Of a DNA stretch of 64,000 bases, positions 28,584 to 38,397 are shown piece by piece (position 1 is the first letter of the stretch; each line of letters opens with the position of its first letter). This DNA comes from Candidatus Poribacteria bacterium (GTDB lineage: Bacteria; Poribacteria; WGA-4E; WGA-3G). The translations under genes and the position numbers were made by a program. The notes beneath the pieces are model-generated. The model searched no databases and was not told where the DNA came from. It was given only the letters and a program-made list of their open reading frames with translations. The stretch covers positions 1,863,917-1,927,916 of the forward strand of contig OY282374.1 of assembly GCA_958295815.1 (NCBI GenBank), given 5' to 3'.

Positions 28584-29429
28584 ATGCGAAAGATTCGGTG
28601 TGGTTTGCAGATTTCCAAAACTGGTTGTGCAAAGATCATTTTCTTGTGTGTTGTGTGTCTGGTAGTGAATTTCCAAAGTATTGGGGCAGCAGCAGAACTG
28701 GAAGGCTTGGTTGTATACTTTGCTTTTGAAGAGGGAGCGGGTAAGACTGTTAAAGATCTCTCTGGGAACGGACAGGATGGGCAATTAGAGGGTGATACAA
28801 CGTGGACTGATGGTAAACTGGGGAAAGCGGTTAATTTCGGTGGAAAGAATGGGATTGTTCGGGTTGAACATTCCGATGCGTTTGAATTTACCGATGGGAT
28901 CACGATTGCCGCATGGATTAAACCCACTTTAAAAGCGGGACCCGGTACATGGCAACTTATAGCGGCGAAGGGACCGGATGTTCAAGAGTTTTTTGAGGTG
29001 CTGCTCCATCCCGATGGCTTTCTCTGGATGGGATGGAAATTGACCGGTGGACGTAATGTTCCGGCACAGAGTCCTCGTGATGTTGTCAAGGACAAATGGC
29101 AGCATGTTGCTGTTTCATTTCAGAGTGGAAAGTGGTGGACTATCTATCTTGATGGTGAAGTCTTGATAGATTATCCGAAGACTGGCGATAAGCTGGTGCC
29201 GATTGATGCTCCACTTATGCTCGGTACTGAGGAACCACCGGCTCTCAATCGCTACTATAACGGTATCATTGATGATTTCGCACTCTTTAACCGCGGACTC
29301 TCACAAGATGAAATTAATGAAATTCAAGAGGGCATCCAAGAGATTTTGGCAGTTGACCCTGACGCGAAACTGCCGACAACATGGGGGCTTCTCAAGCAGA
29401 GATACGATGTCCGTGGTAAGTCAAATTGA
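28584..29429 (+). CDS. Secreted LamG-like jellyroll protein with C-terminal AVDPxxKLxTTWG motif
   Basis: LVVYFAFEEG, TIAAWIK, WQHVAVSF, YLDG, NGIIDDFALFNRGLS; tail AVDPDAKLPTTWGLLK. Confidence 0.9.
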   Translation: MRKIRCGLQISKTGCAKIIFLCVVCLVVNFQSIGAAAELEGLVVYFAFEEGAGKTVKDLSGNGQDGQLEGDTTWTDGKLGKAVNFGGKNGIVRVEHSDAFEFTDGITIAAWIKPTLKAGPGTWQLIAAKGPDVQEFFEVLLHPDGFLWMGWKLTGGRNVPAQSPRDVVKDKWQHVAVSFQSGKWWTIYLDGEVLIDYPKTGDKLVPIDAPLMLGTEEPPALNRYYNGIIDDFALFNRGLSQDEINEIQEGIQEILAVDPDAKLPTTWGLLKQRYDVRGKSN

Positions 29430-29458
29430 CTTGTGAGATCACCCTCCTTTTAAGACCG

Positions 29459-29528
29459 TGCCAATTTGGCAGACATTCAACAGGAATTTCGCCTATTTCG
29501 AGCGATTAATATTGGCATAAATATTGCA
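29459..29528 (+). promoter_or_regulatory. Putative sigma-54 promoter with upstream palindrome for dnaK
   Basis: TGGCATAAATATTGCA (29513-29528; GG-N10-GC) and TGCCAATTTGGCA (29459-29471). Confidence 0.6.
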
Positions 29529-29688
29529 CACACTTATAGTACAATCTGGAAATCTATGTAGATATTTGGTGAATTGTAGGTGTGAAGGCATCTATCCGCG
29601 CGCGATAGGCGAGGTATCATAACTTCGCAGGTTTACAGGTATCAGGAATTGTAAAATCTACTATATTTACGCAAAGGAGCATGCGAAA

Positions 29689-31617
29689 ATGAGTAAAGTC
29701 ATTGGAATTGATTTAGGTACAACAAATTCATGTGTGGCAGTCTTAGAAAGTGGTGATGCCAAGGTAATCGAAAACACAGAAGGAAATCGGACGACTCCTT
29801 CAGTTGTCGGCTTTACCAAAGAAGGAGAGCGCCCCGTCGGACTTGTTGCTAAAAGACAAGCTATCACGAACCCTCAAAATACAATTTTTTCGATTAAAAG
29901 GTTCATGGGGCGGAAATTTAGCGAGATCGGTAATGACGCCACCCGCGTCCCTTACGAATTAAAATCTGATAAAGATGGTGATGTTGCTGTAAACATTGAT
30001 GGCAAAGATTACTCGCCTCCGGAAATCTCCGCTATGGTTTTGCGGAAAATGAAAGAAACTGCCGAGGCATACCTCGGAGAGGAAGTCACGAAAGCCGTTG
30101 TCACCGTTCCTGCCTACTTTAATGATTCCCAGCGTCAGGCAACAGCGGATGCTGGTAAAATCGCTGGATTAGAAGTTGAGCGGATTATCAACGAGCCTAC
30201 TGCTGCATCGCTCGCCTATGGGCTGCAGAATGAAGGCGATAAGAAGATTGCGGTTTATGACCTTGGTGGCGGAACATTTGACATCTCTATTCTCGAAATC
30301 GGGGATGGTGTTTTCGAGGTGAAAAGCACAAACGGTGATACGCATCTTGGCGGTGACGATTTTGACCAGGAGATTATCGACTGGATGGCACAAGAATTCC
30401 TCAGTAGTCAAGGGATTGACCTACGCAGCGATCAGATGGCACTGCAACGTCTAAAAGAAGCCGCAGAAACCGCAAAATGCGAACTCTCCAGTACACTGCA
30501 AGCAGATATTAACTTACCGTTTATCACTGTTGATGCCAGCGGTCCGAAACACCTTAACTTGACCCTCACCCGCGCCAAGTTGGAACAGATTACAGATAAC
30601 TTGGTTGAACGTTCGCTTGAGCCATGCAGACAGGCACTCTCAGATGCTGAGATGCAACCCTCTGAGATTGACGAGGTCATCCTCGTCGGTGGACAGACGC
30701 GTATGCCTAAAGTTCAAGAGGCTGTGCAGCAACTTTTCGGCAAAGAACCTCACAAAGGTGTCAATCCGGATGAAGTTGTAGCAATTGGTGCTGCAATTCA
30801 GGGCGGTGTTCTCGCAGGCGATGAAGAAGTTAAAGACATCCTTTTATTAGATGTTACTCCGCTCTCGCTCGGTATTGAGACGCTCGGCGGTATGTTCACA
30901 CGGTTGATTGATAGGAACACAACGATTCCGACTAAGAAATCTAATATATTCACAACGGCTGAGAATAATCAGACGGCTGTTGATGTTCATGTCCTCCAAG
31001 GTGAACGGGAACAGGCGGTTTACAACAAAACCATTGGACGCTTCCGATTAGGCGATTTGCCACCCGCGCCGAGAGGTATGCCGCAGATTGAGGTGACATT
31101 TGATATTGATGCCAACGGTATACTCAATGTGTCCGCTAAAGATACGGCAACTGGTAAGGAACAGAAGATTACCATTACCGCATCCTCCGGTCTTACAGAT
31201 GCCGAGATCGATCAAATGGTGAAGGATGCTGAAACGCACGCCGAAGAGGATAAGCAGAAACGAGAGGAAGTCGAGGCTCTCAACCGTGCGGATTCTCTGG
31301 TTTACGAAACAGAGAAAAACTTGGGCGAATTCGGAGACAAGATAGACGACGCTTCCAAAGAGAAAGTAAATGCTGCTGTTGCCCGCGTCAAACAGGCGAT
31401 AGAAACGGAGAACCACGCCGAGATCCAGTCCGCAACGGAGGAATTGACGCAGGTTTGGCATGAGGTATCCGCGCAGATATATCAACAAGCGGCGGATGCT
31501 GGTGATGCTTCTGCAGAGGCACCAACGGGTGAGCCGGGTGCTGCATCAGCAGATAGTGATGTCGTTGACGCTGAATATGAGGTCGTTAACGAGGATGAAA
31601 AGAAGGATGAAAAATAG
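29689..31617 (+). CDS. dnaK: Chaperone DnaK (Hsp70)
   Basis: [46 protein letters not shown]. Confidence 0.99.
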   Translation: MSKVIGIDLGTTNSCVAVLESGDAKVIENTEGNRTTPSVVGFTKEGERPVGLVAKRQAITNPQNTIFSIKRFMGRKFSEIGNDATRVPYELKSDKDGDVAVNIDGKDYSPPEISAMVLRKMKETAEAYLGEEVTKAVVTVPAYFNDSQRQATADAGKIAGLEVERIINEPTAASLAYGLQNEGDKKIAVYDLGGGTFDISILEIGDGVFEVKSTNGDTHLGGDDFDQEIIDWMAQEFLSSQGIDLRSDQMALQRLKEAAETAKCELSSTLQADINLPFITVDASGPKHLNLTLTRAKLEQITDNLVERSLEPCRQALSDAEMQPSEIDEVILVGGQTRMPKVQEAVQQLFGKEPHKGVNPDEVVAIGAAIQGGVLAGDEEVKDILLLDVTPLSLGIETLGGMFTRLIDRNTTIPTKKSNIFTTAENNQTAVDVHVLQGEREQAVYNKTIGRFRLGDLPPAPRGMPQIEVTFDIDANGILNVSAKDTATGKEQKITITASSGLTDAEIDQMVKDAETHAEEDKQKREEVEALNRADSLVYETEKNLGEFGDKIDDASKEKVNAAVARVKQAIETENHAEIQSATEELTQVWHEVSAQIYQQAADAGDASAEAPTGEPGAASADSDVVDAEYEVVNEDEKKDEK

Positions 31618-31682
31618 TAAGGAGCGAAGTTAGGAACGTTTAATTCCGCTGACAAGTATCGAAAACGAAGGCACTCATTGCG

Positions 31683-33155
31683 CTATTCTGCAGCGTTGTG
31701 GGTGCTTTCTTCTTGCAATACCCGATGTATTTCAACCATAGCAAGTGTATCCATTTTGCAATACTCACGCAAATGTTCAATCATCTCGTTTTTCTCTGTT
31801 TCACTTGTGGTGTTGAGCATTAAATTCCACGCCGCTGGCGCGTCCGCACCCTCTTGGATACTTAAATGATTATAGGAAAGTTCAGGCACCAAAACTGGAA
31901 GCACTGCTTTCAGAGATTTAGAGCCACAAAATTCTGGATGTTCGTAATGTTTTCTGAGTATCACCATCTGATCCCACAGCCTATCAATAATTGATTGTAG
32001 TGTCGGAGCATATTCAGGAAAAGATTCGGCTAACGTCCTAAGGATCCTGCGTTCAAAAGCGGCATTGTAAACGACGACGGAGCCTTCCTCAGAAATATGG
32101 TTGATCAGAGATCTCAAAAGCGGTAGACGCGGATCGGTCAGATCGGTATGTAGGTATTCGTGATGGGTAACTTCACCATTCGATTGGAACACGTGGCAAC
32201 TGTACTGGAATGGAAATTCTTGGTAGGGTGTAAAACCGTTGAATCTTGGGATTGCAGGTCTGTCGGCTTCAAAGTCGAAAAAGTGAATGGGATATTGCAA
32301 ATATGCTAATTCCCGTTGGATCGCTGCCCTGTCGATTATGGGTTCATTATTGAGAACGCTACTAACGTAAGCATCTTGCGCTGGCGTCAAGCGGAAATCA
32401 GTAGGGAGATCGGCAAGACGAATAGTACCGTTTTCTGCCAGCGAAATTGCTTCAGGATCTTTGATCCTTGGAATAGTGAAAACTGAATTTTTTGGGATTG
32501 CTGCCCAACAGCGCGCTTTAAAAGGACATTCATGAGGCTTGTTGCAAAGATTTTTTCCGATCATGATATTCGGAGCATTCTCTCTGCCAAGTATCATTTT
32601 AAATGTACGCAAATCGTATAAGACATTGTTCTGTATCAAGTTAACCCTATCCGTTACATCTTCAATGACAAATAGATTAGAGAGATTTGGATAAACAGAT
32701 GCACCGTTTAAGAGCATCAATTGCGTAGCAGAGACGGTTATGCCTTTTTCAACTAATACATGCTTTTGTAAAGCCAACCTATCGTAATATTCCTGTTTCG
32801 CTCTTTTTGATGCGTGTACCTGAATGATTCGCCATCCGTTAGTATCTTTCTGAAGAATATCACACCGCACAAAGACTTCGTTCAGACGGAAGGCGGCTTC
32901 AAAAAGACACGTTTCGCCATTGCTTATAGCCATTTCCGTTTGTTTCAAAGCAAAGTCAGGATGTTCGCTGTCGATATGCAGACCTTCTGGAAACTGCTTA
33001 TGTGCAAGGGTTTTTACCTCTTCGTGTCGATCAAAATTTTGTTGTTGTGATAAGGAGGTAGACTCAGTATCTTCTGAAGTGTTTACTTCGTACCAGAGTC
33101 GTTTGAAGCAGCGGATACCATTCAGATACTTTGAGGTCGTAATGTAGTTTGGCAT
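31683..33155 (-). CDS. DUF2779 protein (Cas4-like N-terminus plus RNase H-like exonuclease domain)
   Basis: TSKYLNGIRCFKRLW; CNKPHECPFKARC; HFFDFEA, PFQYS, VYNAAFE, SKSLKAVLP, EYCKMDT. Confidence 0.85.
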   Translation of the reverse strand: MPNYITTSKYLNGIRCFKRLWYEVNTSEDTESTSLSQQQNFDRHEEVKTLAHKQFPEGLHIDSEHPDFALKQTEMAISNGETCLFEAAFRLNEVFVRCDILQKDTNGWRIIQVHASKRAKQEYYDRLALQKHVLVEKGITVSATQLMLLNGASVYPNLSNLFVIEDVTDRVNLIQNNVLYDLRTFKMILGRENAPNIMIGKNLCNKPHECPFKARCWAAIPKNSVFTIPRIKDPEAISLAENGTIRLADLPTDFRLTPAQDAYVSSVLNNEPIIDRAAIQRELAYLQYPIHFFDFEADRPAIPRFNGFTPYQEFPFQYSCHVFQSNGEVTHHEYLHTDLTDPRLPLLRSLINHISEEGSVVVYNAAFERRILRTLAESFPEYAPTLQSIIDRLWDQMVILRKHYEHPEFCGSKSLKAVLPVLVPELSYNHLSIQEGADAPAAWNLMLNTTSETEKNEMIEHLREYCKMDTLAMVEIHRVLQEESTHNAAE

Positions 33156-33177
33156 TGAGGTGCTTTAAGTGTATGAA

Positions 33178-33200
33178 GGGGTAGGCACGTGCCCTACCCC
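33178..33200. terminator. GC-rich hairpin between mdh and DUF2779 gene
   Basis: GGGGTAGG...CCTACCCC inverted repeat. Confidence 0.5.
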
Positions 33201-33266
33201 AACTTTAGTTATTCGCACGACTTGAGTAGTATTATCTATGACACACAGACAGGTTGTGAAGTTGCT

Positions 33267-34193
33267 TTAATATCCTAACAACGAAATGCCTTCCCGATAG
33301 GTTTGTGCAGAATGCTGTAAAGAACCAAGTTCGTCATTAGTGAGTTCGATTTCGATAATTTCCTCTACACCGTTGCCGCCGAGTTTAATTGGGACGCCAA
33401 TATACAGGTCGTCGATACCATATTGCCCGGTGAGATGAGCAGAGCAGGGTAGTAGGCGTTTCTTATCCAGAATGATAGCCTCTGCCATCTGTGCCAACGA
33501 GGAACCCGCAGCATAATATCCACTTGTTTTGAGGAGATTCACAATCTCAGCACCTCCGTCACGTGTGCGTTGCGCCATCGCTTCAATACGATCTTCTGGT
33601 ATTAGCTGCGGAATCGGAATCCCGTTGACAGTGGTATAGCGTGGGAGTGGGACCATTGTATCGCCGTGTCCACCGAGAACAAGGGCATGGATGTCTTCTA
33701 CGGATACACCGAGTTCAAGAGAGATGAAATAGCGGAACCTCGCTGAGTCCAGCACACCTGCCTGCCCGACGACACGGTTTGAAGGGAATCCTGAGACCTT
33801 CCACGCATGGTAGGTCATGATGTCCAACGGGTTGGTGAGCATCATGAGGATACAGTCTGGGGACTGTTTCACGACGTTTTCTGTGACACTACCGACGATA
33901 TTGGCATTCGTTTGCAACAGGTCTTCGCGTGTCATCCCCGGTTTACGTGGGGATCCAGATGTAATAATTACTAAATCGGAGCCTGCGGTTGCACTATAAT
34001 CGAGATCTCCGTCAACTGCGGCATCAAACAGTTCTACTGGACCCATTTGTGCCATGTCCAATGCCTTGCCTTGTGGAACACCGTCAACGATGTCTATCAT
34101 GACGACGTCACCGAGTTGTTTCTGTGCGATCAGGAATGCCGCTGTTGCGCCGACGTTTCCTGCACCAATAACACTGATTTTTTTTCTAGCCAC
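33267..34193 (-). CDS. mdh: Malate dehydrogenase (LDH-like)
   Basis: GAGNVG, PRKPGMTREDL, NPLD, LDSARFR, LGGHGD; GTG start at 34193 after GGAGG. Confidence 0.96.
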   Translation of the reverse strand: MARKKISVIGAGNVGATAAFLIAQKQLGDVVMIDIVDGVPQGKALDMAQMGPVELFDAAVDGDLDYSATAGSDLVIITSGSPRKPGMTREDLLQTNANIVGSVTENVVKQSPDCILMMLTNPLDIMTYHAWKVSGFPSNRVVGQAGVLDSARFRYFISLELGVSVEDIHALVLGGHGDTMVPLPRYTTVNGIPIPQLIPEDRIEAMAQRTRDGGAEIVNLLKTSGYYAAGSSLAQMAEAIILDKKRLLPCSAHLTGQYGIDDLYIGVPIKLGGNGVEEIIEIELTNDELGSLQHSAQTYREGISLLGY

Positions 34194-34355
34194 TTCTTCC
34201 TCCATTGTGAAAATGTAAGTCTTTTATCCTTAAGATGACTCTATTAATTATACCCAAAAAAATGAAAATAATCAAGTTACCTAAGCCACTTCCTCCGCTG
34301 TGAGTTGGATGTCCCACTATGGAAATTCTCTGAGGACGGTATTAGAACGTCTTTA

Positions 34356-34468
34356 TGGTAGATTTTAGTATTACTTTGACACTCTCAAATAGGGACAACC
34401 CCCCTAACCCCCCTTATCAGGGGGGAATCCTGCTGTCCTGAATGTCAACATATTTCTCTAATTCACCA
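34356..34468. mobile_element. Degenerate MITE-like element (TGGT...ACCA ends) with CCCCCTTATCAGGGGG core
   Basis: Left end TGGTAGATTTTAGTATTACTTTGACA versus reverse complement of right end TGGTGAATTAGAGAAATATGTTGACA; internal CCCCCTAACCCCCCTTATCAGGGGG shared with the elements at 57673 and 61781. Confidence 0.55.
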
Positions 34469-34480
34469 GAAAAAAGAAAA

Positions 34481-34607
34481 GCGAGGCACCTTACCTCGCC
34501 TTGAGGATATAAAGAAATCATAAGTCTAAACGTCTGTACTTCGGCAATTTGCGGGGGATGTGGATGGACAAATTCGGAAAGAAAAAGGCGAGGTGGTTGA
34601 CCTCGCC
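34481..34607 (-). terminator. Two tandem GCGAGG...CCTCGCC hairpins with T tails on the minus strand
   Basis: AAAGAAAA(A)(G)GCGAGG-N7-CCTCGCCTTGAG at 34481 and 34587, downstream of the PhyH gene. Confidence 0.6.
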
Positions 34608-34622
34608 TTGAGAACTTAGAGA

Positions 34623-35552
34623 TTAAGCGTGCCGGGGTCCCATTCCATAGGCCGGGTTATCACCGAGGTTGTTAATGAGCCATTCGCGGAGCGGCACGTC
34701 TTCTTCGGAGGGAACGTAGCGTCCGTTGTTTCTGGTGGCTGCGCCGAGTAGTTGCCGACGAATTGGGTCGCAGCGATCGTACAGGGGTTCAACCGTCATT
34801 TCGTCTTTCGGACGGATCCAACGGTAGCCGTAGCCGTAAAAGAGTGCCTTCCGGGTCATTTGGGAGTGATTCGGACTCCGCGAGTGCCAAAGTCGTCTAT
34901 CGAACAGAACAGCGGTTCCAGGCTCTACACAGACCGGCATCGCATCATCAGGGACATCATCTGCCGTTGCTTCACGTGGATCGCGGCTAATCTCAGCCGA
35001 TGGAACGGACATGTCTGACTTTAGATGACTGCCTGGGCGGATATAGAAGTTACCTCGTCCGGGTTCAGAGACATCTGTGAGGAAGTATCCCACTTTCAGT
35101 GACAAACGCGGACGTGGATGGGTTTCCATCTCGACGTTGACGCGTCCACTGTCTTGGTGCCATTCCAACCAGCCTTCACCTTCTTCGGCATCCTGAGGTG
35201 CTGGTGGTTTGACGTGCATGTGTGCGTGGTATAGGTAGATATTCCATCCCAAAATTCCCCACACTTTGGGTAACGTCGTCGGCAGATCGACGAGATTTAA
35301 GAGGGCATCGTCGGCACCTAAGAAATCCGACCAGCCCCAGTGCGAATCCGGCTTTGCTCTGCCGTTGGCGAGTGCTTTGTTGTGTAGGGTATCTACTGCA
35401 TTTTCCAGCTGTTCGCGCATATCAGTAGAGAGCGCGTTCGGGATGTACAAATAACCTTGTTCTTCAAAATGGTTGCGTTCTTCTTCTGTGATGAGGTGAG
35501 GAAGATACTTTTCGGGGGCAGCTGCCATGCCCATATTAATAAGTTCGTTCAT
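34623..35552 (-). CDS. PhyH family Fe(II)/2OG oxygenase
   Basis: FEEQGYL, WHQD (HxD), RPGSH, FDRRLWHS, RKAL. Confidence 0.9.
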   Translation of the reverse strand: MNELINMGMAAAPEKYLPHLITEEERNHFEEQGYLYIPNALSTDMREQLENAVDTLHNKALANGRAKPDSHWGWSDFLGADDALLNLVDLPTTLPKVWGILGWNIYLYHAHMHVKPPAPQDAEEGEGWLEWHQDSGRVNVEMETHPRPRLSLKVGYFLTDVSEPGRGNFYIRPGSHLKSDMSVPSAEISRDPREATADDVPDDAMPVCVEPGTAVLFDRRLWHSRSPNHSQMTRKALFYGYGYRWIRPKDEMTVEPLYDRCDPIRRQLLGAATRNNGRYVPSEEDVPLREWLINNLGDNPAYGMGPRHA

Positions 35553-35621
35553 GGTAATTCTCCTTAGTTGCGCGGTTGCTTTTTCTTGATAGCCTGACGC
35601 GCCTACACAAACGCTGGATCC

Positions 35622-36485
35622 TTACCGCACATATTGTGCAAGATATTCGCGTGAGCGGCGCAGACCTTCAGATTCTGCTTCCCACGTTCGCCAATAACGG
35701 TAATCTTCAAGTTCCACACTGACGATACCGTCAAAGCCTTCATCCTCTAAACGTTGTACCACTTTCAGCCAGTCCACAATACCATCACCGGGAATCGTAT
35801 AACGCCACCAATCTTCGCCGAAGCCGCGGGCATCATTGAAACTCGGTCCCAAATTGCCGTGCAGATAGAGTGCCTCTTCATCGAAGTCGGTGTCTTTTCC
35901 GTGGACATGTTTAACGTATGGTGCGAATTCATTAAGAGCGCGTAAGTAGTCAATACCAATTCTAACAAGGTGGGACGGATCGTAGTTGAGACCTAAACCG
36001 GGAGACGGACATGCCTCGAACATCGCGCGCCACATTTCCGGTGTGCAACCGAGAGCAGGGTAAGCAGGTCCAGAACCGGGCCAACCTTCAACTGCGATCG
36101 TCACGCCTTTGGATGCCGCAAATTCAGCGATCGGTGGGATCGTATCTTTCCAAATCTCAAAGTTTTTTGCCCTACCGAGGCTTGCATCTGCTGGCACGAA
36201 AACACAGAACATGATGTGAACATCGTTGTCAGCGGCAGCTTCGATAGCGGCTTTTGCTGCTGAAGCGCCGGATTTCTGTTTGGATTTTTTAGCACTCAGT
36301 AGATCGCTGGTGCCCGGAAGATCCGCAGTACCTATGGCAAGGCCTGCGTCTCTTGCGGTTTGAACAATTTCGGGGGTAGTTTCTCCAATATCAACGGCTT
36401 CATACCCGTTATCTGCGCACCACTGACAGAAGTCTGCGAATGGCAGTTGACGGGCAGTACCCGGAATACGTAATCCTATTTTCAT
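35622..36485 (-). CDS. Sugar phosphate isomerase/epimerase (xylose isomerase-like TIM barrel)
   Basis: AVEGWP, LNYDPSHL, HVHGKD, PGDG, SVELED. Confidence 0.9.
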   Translation of the reverse strand: MKIGLRIPGTARQLPFADFCQWCADNGYEAVDIGETTPEIVQTARDAGLAIGTADLPGTSDLLSAKKSKQKSGASAAKAAIEAAADNDVHIMFCVFVPADASLGRAKNFEIWKDTIPPIAEFAASKGVTIAVEGWPGSGPAYPALGCTPEMWRAMFEACPSPGLGLNYDPSHLVRIGIDYLRALNEFAPYVKHVHGKDTDFDEEALYLHGNLGPSFNDARGFGEDWWRYTIPGDGIVDWLKVVQRLEDEGFDGIVSVELEDYRYWRTWEAESEGLRRSREYLAQYVR

Positions 36486-36562
36486 ATTTTCTCCTGTAAT
36501 AAAATTGACGGCTATCAGTGCTAAAAAAACATGTCAGCAAGAAATATTTGTCCGAAACTCCG

Positions 36563-37783
36563 TTAAAATCCCATCAATCCACAGCATCGGCGGCATACAG
36601 GCATGGGACCATCATCACTGATGGACTGCCGGAATTTCGTCGCCTTCTGGTTATTCCACATATCAACAACCTTGTCTGTTTTGATGTTACCGATGGTGTA
36701 GTCGTGGTAATCGCGGCAGAGGCTAACGTCGCCGTTACTATCAATCTCCATTGTCATAAAGATGCTGACGCACTGGTTATAACCAAAGGTTTCCTGATGG
36801 TCGGTGTAATAACGTTGGATTTCACCTTTTGTATTTAGCCTCGGCATCATAATAGGAGGGCACCGCCGTTGTTTGTTGGAGAGGTTCTCCATCTCTTCAA
36901 AGCGGTCCAGGATTACGCCGTGGTCAAAGTCCTTCCATGTCCCTATCCAACCATAGTGGGTTTGCGGTTTGAATCCAAAGCGTTTTTCAAAATCTTCTGT
37001 GTGCTCCTGTGCCGATTCGGAATCTATCCACCATGTCAGATAGAAAATTTGCGCGTCGGCGAACTGGCTCGTGAATTTATACAGGTCTACGACAACATCA
37101 ATATTATACATCGTAACGCAGCTTAGCGGAATAATATAAGGAAATTTGATGTTGCGTTTCTCTTTTTCTGCACTGAGTGTTTCTAACGCAGCCTTGACAT
37201 CTTTAAAGTTGTCGTAATTTTCGGTTACACCCGGACGTTGTGTGTTGTGAATTTCCTCGTTCGGTCCATCAACACTCAGATAGATAATTTTGCAGGTTTC
37301 CAGAATATCATCGGCATATCTGGCAATATTCGTTGCGTTACTAACCAGTGATATAGGCATCCCCTGATCTTTGATGTAGTGCATCAATTCGATAATCCCG
37401 GGGTAAAGCATCGGTTCGCCACCCCAGATGTACCACACTGGGGACCAGCCTTCATGCACAATCTGATCAACCAGATCCTTATAATATTCGAGTGGAACCT
37501 CGCGTTGCTTAAGTTCTTTGAGAGATTGTCCAACAAGGTAACCGTTATCGCCCCATTGTCCACAGGAGTGGCAACGAAGGTTGCACATATCGGTAATCCG
37601 GAGGCTCACCAATTCGATGGCGTCGCCTTTACCGTGTTTTGCCCCGAACGGATGCCGCCAGTTGAAACTTTCCTTAGCGAGTTGGTAGCGTACGAACTTA
37701 CTGGAAGTATCCCAATCTTCCGTTATAGCACTGGTGAGTTCATTGACAAAAAACCGTGGTGAGATTCGACTACGTAGTGCCAT
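36563..37783 (-). CDS. Radical SAM protein with SPASM/twitch domain
   Basis: CNLRCHSC, GGEP, SVDG; C-terminal C...GDVSLC...IGNI...CRRCC; start at MALRS after AAAGGAG. Confidence 0.9.
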   Translation of the reverse strand: MALRSRISPRFFVNELTSAITEDWDTSSKFVRYQLAKESFNWRHPFGAKHGKGDAIELVSLRITDMCNLRCHSCGQWGDNGYLVGQSLKELKQREVPLEYYKDLVDQIVHEGWSPVWYIWGGEPMLYPGIIELMHYIKDQGMPISLVSNATNIARYADDILETCKIIYLSVDGPNEEIHNTQRPGVTENYDNFKDVKAALETLSAEKEKRNIKFPYIIPLSCVTMYNIDVVVDLYKFTSQFADAQIFYLTWWIDSESAQEHTEDFEKRFGFKPQTHYGWIGTWKDFDHGVILDRFEEMENLSNKQRRCPPIMMPRLNTKGEIQRYYTDHQETFGYNQCVSIFMTMEIDSNGDVSLCRDYHDYTIGNIKTDKVVDMWNNQKATKFRQSISDDGPMPVCRRCCGLMGF

Positions 37784-37877
37784 CAATTCTCCTTTGTAGT
37801 GTTCTGATGCTGTAGGGGTCGAGACGCGGATTGCGCGCTGCACCCTATAGACGCGCTTTCCAAGCGCAATATGTGTT

Positions 37878-38291
37878 TTAAGATTCGTCTTCTGGTTTTA
37901 CCAGTGTGAGTGCCGCGGAATTCAAGCAATAACGCTTCCCTGTTGGCTCAGGTCCATCATTGAAGACATGCCCAAGGTGTGCGTCACACTGACTGCAAAC
38001 GACTTCCGTGCGCGGCATGAAAAATATGCTAAAATCTGATTTCGTCTCAATTGAGTCGGGCGTGACAGATTCCCAAAAACTGGGCCATCCTGTTCCAGAA
38101 TCGTATTTAGTTTCAGAACTAAAGAGTGGGCTTCCACAGCAGATACAGTGATAAGTTCCTTGCTCTTTACAGTCATGGTATTGTCCTGTAAAGGCGCGTT
38201 CTGTCCCTTTCTTTCGGGTTACCTTATATTCTTCCGGCGAGAGTTGTTCTTTCCATTCTTTTTCTGATTTGACAACTTTTTCTCCACCCAT
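37878..38291 (-). CDS. msrB: Peptide-methionine (R)-S-oxide reductase MsrB
   Basis: [32 protein letters not shown]; two CxxC Zn pairs. Confidence 0.97.
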   Translation of the reverse strand: MGGEKVVKSEKEWKEQLSPEEYKVTRKKGTERAFTGQYHDCKEQGTYHCICCGSPLFSSETKYDSGTGWPSFWESVTPDSIETKSDFSIFFMPRTEVVCSQCDAHLGHVFNDGPEPTGKRYCLNSAALTLVKPEDES

Positions 38292-38397
38292 TTTACGCTC
38301 CTCTTATGAATGTGACGGATTTCCCTAAAAAAGTACTATGCCACATTTTGAAAAAAAAAGCAAGCCTGTTTTCACTGATACGTATAACTATAAACCA

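Noticed and set aside
34187-34303. Short similarity between the mdh start region (AGCCACTTCTTCCTCC) and 34284 (AGCCACTTCCTCC)
   Set aside because: About 20 bp and degenerate; cannot be distinguished from chance.
36563-37783. Radical SAM/SPASM protein as anaerobic sulfatase maturase or RiPP maturase
   Set aside because: Not adjacent to the sulfatases, lacks the anSME-like CNLxCxYC context and full SPASM Cys set, and no precursor peptide is nearby.
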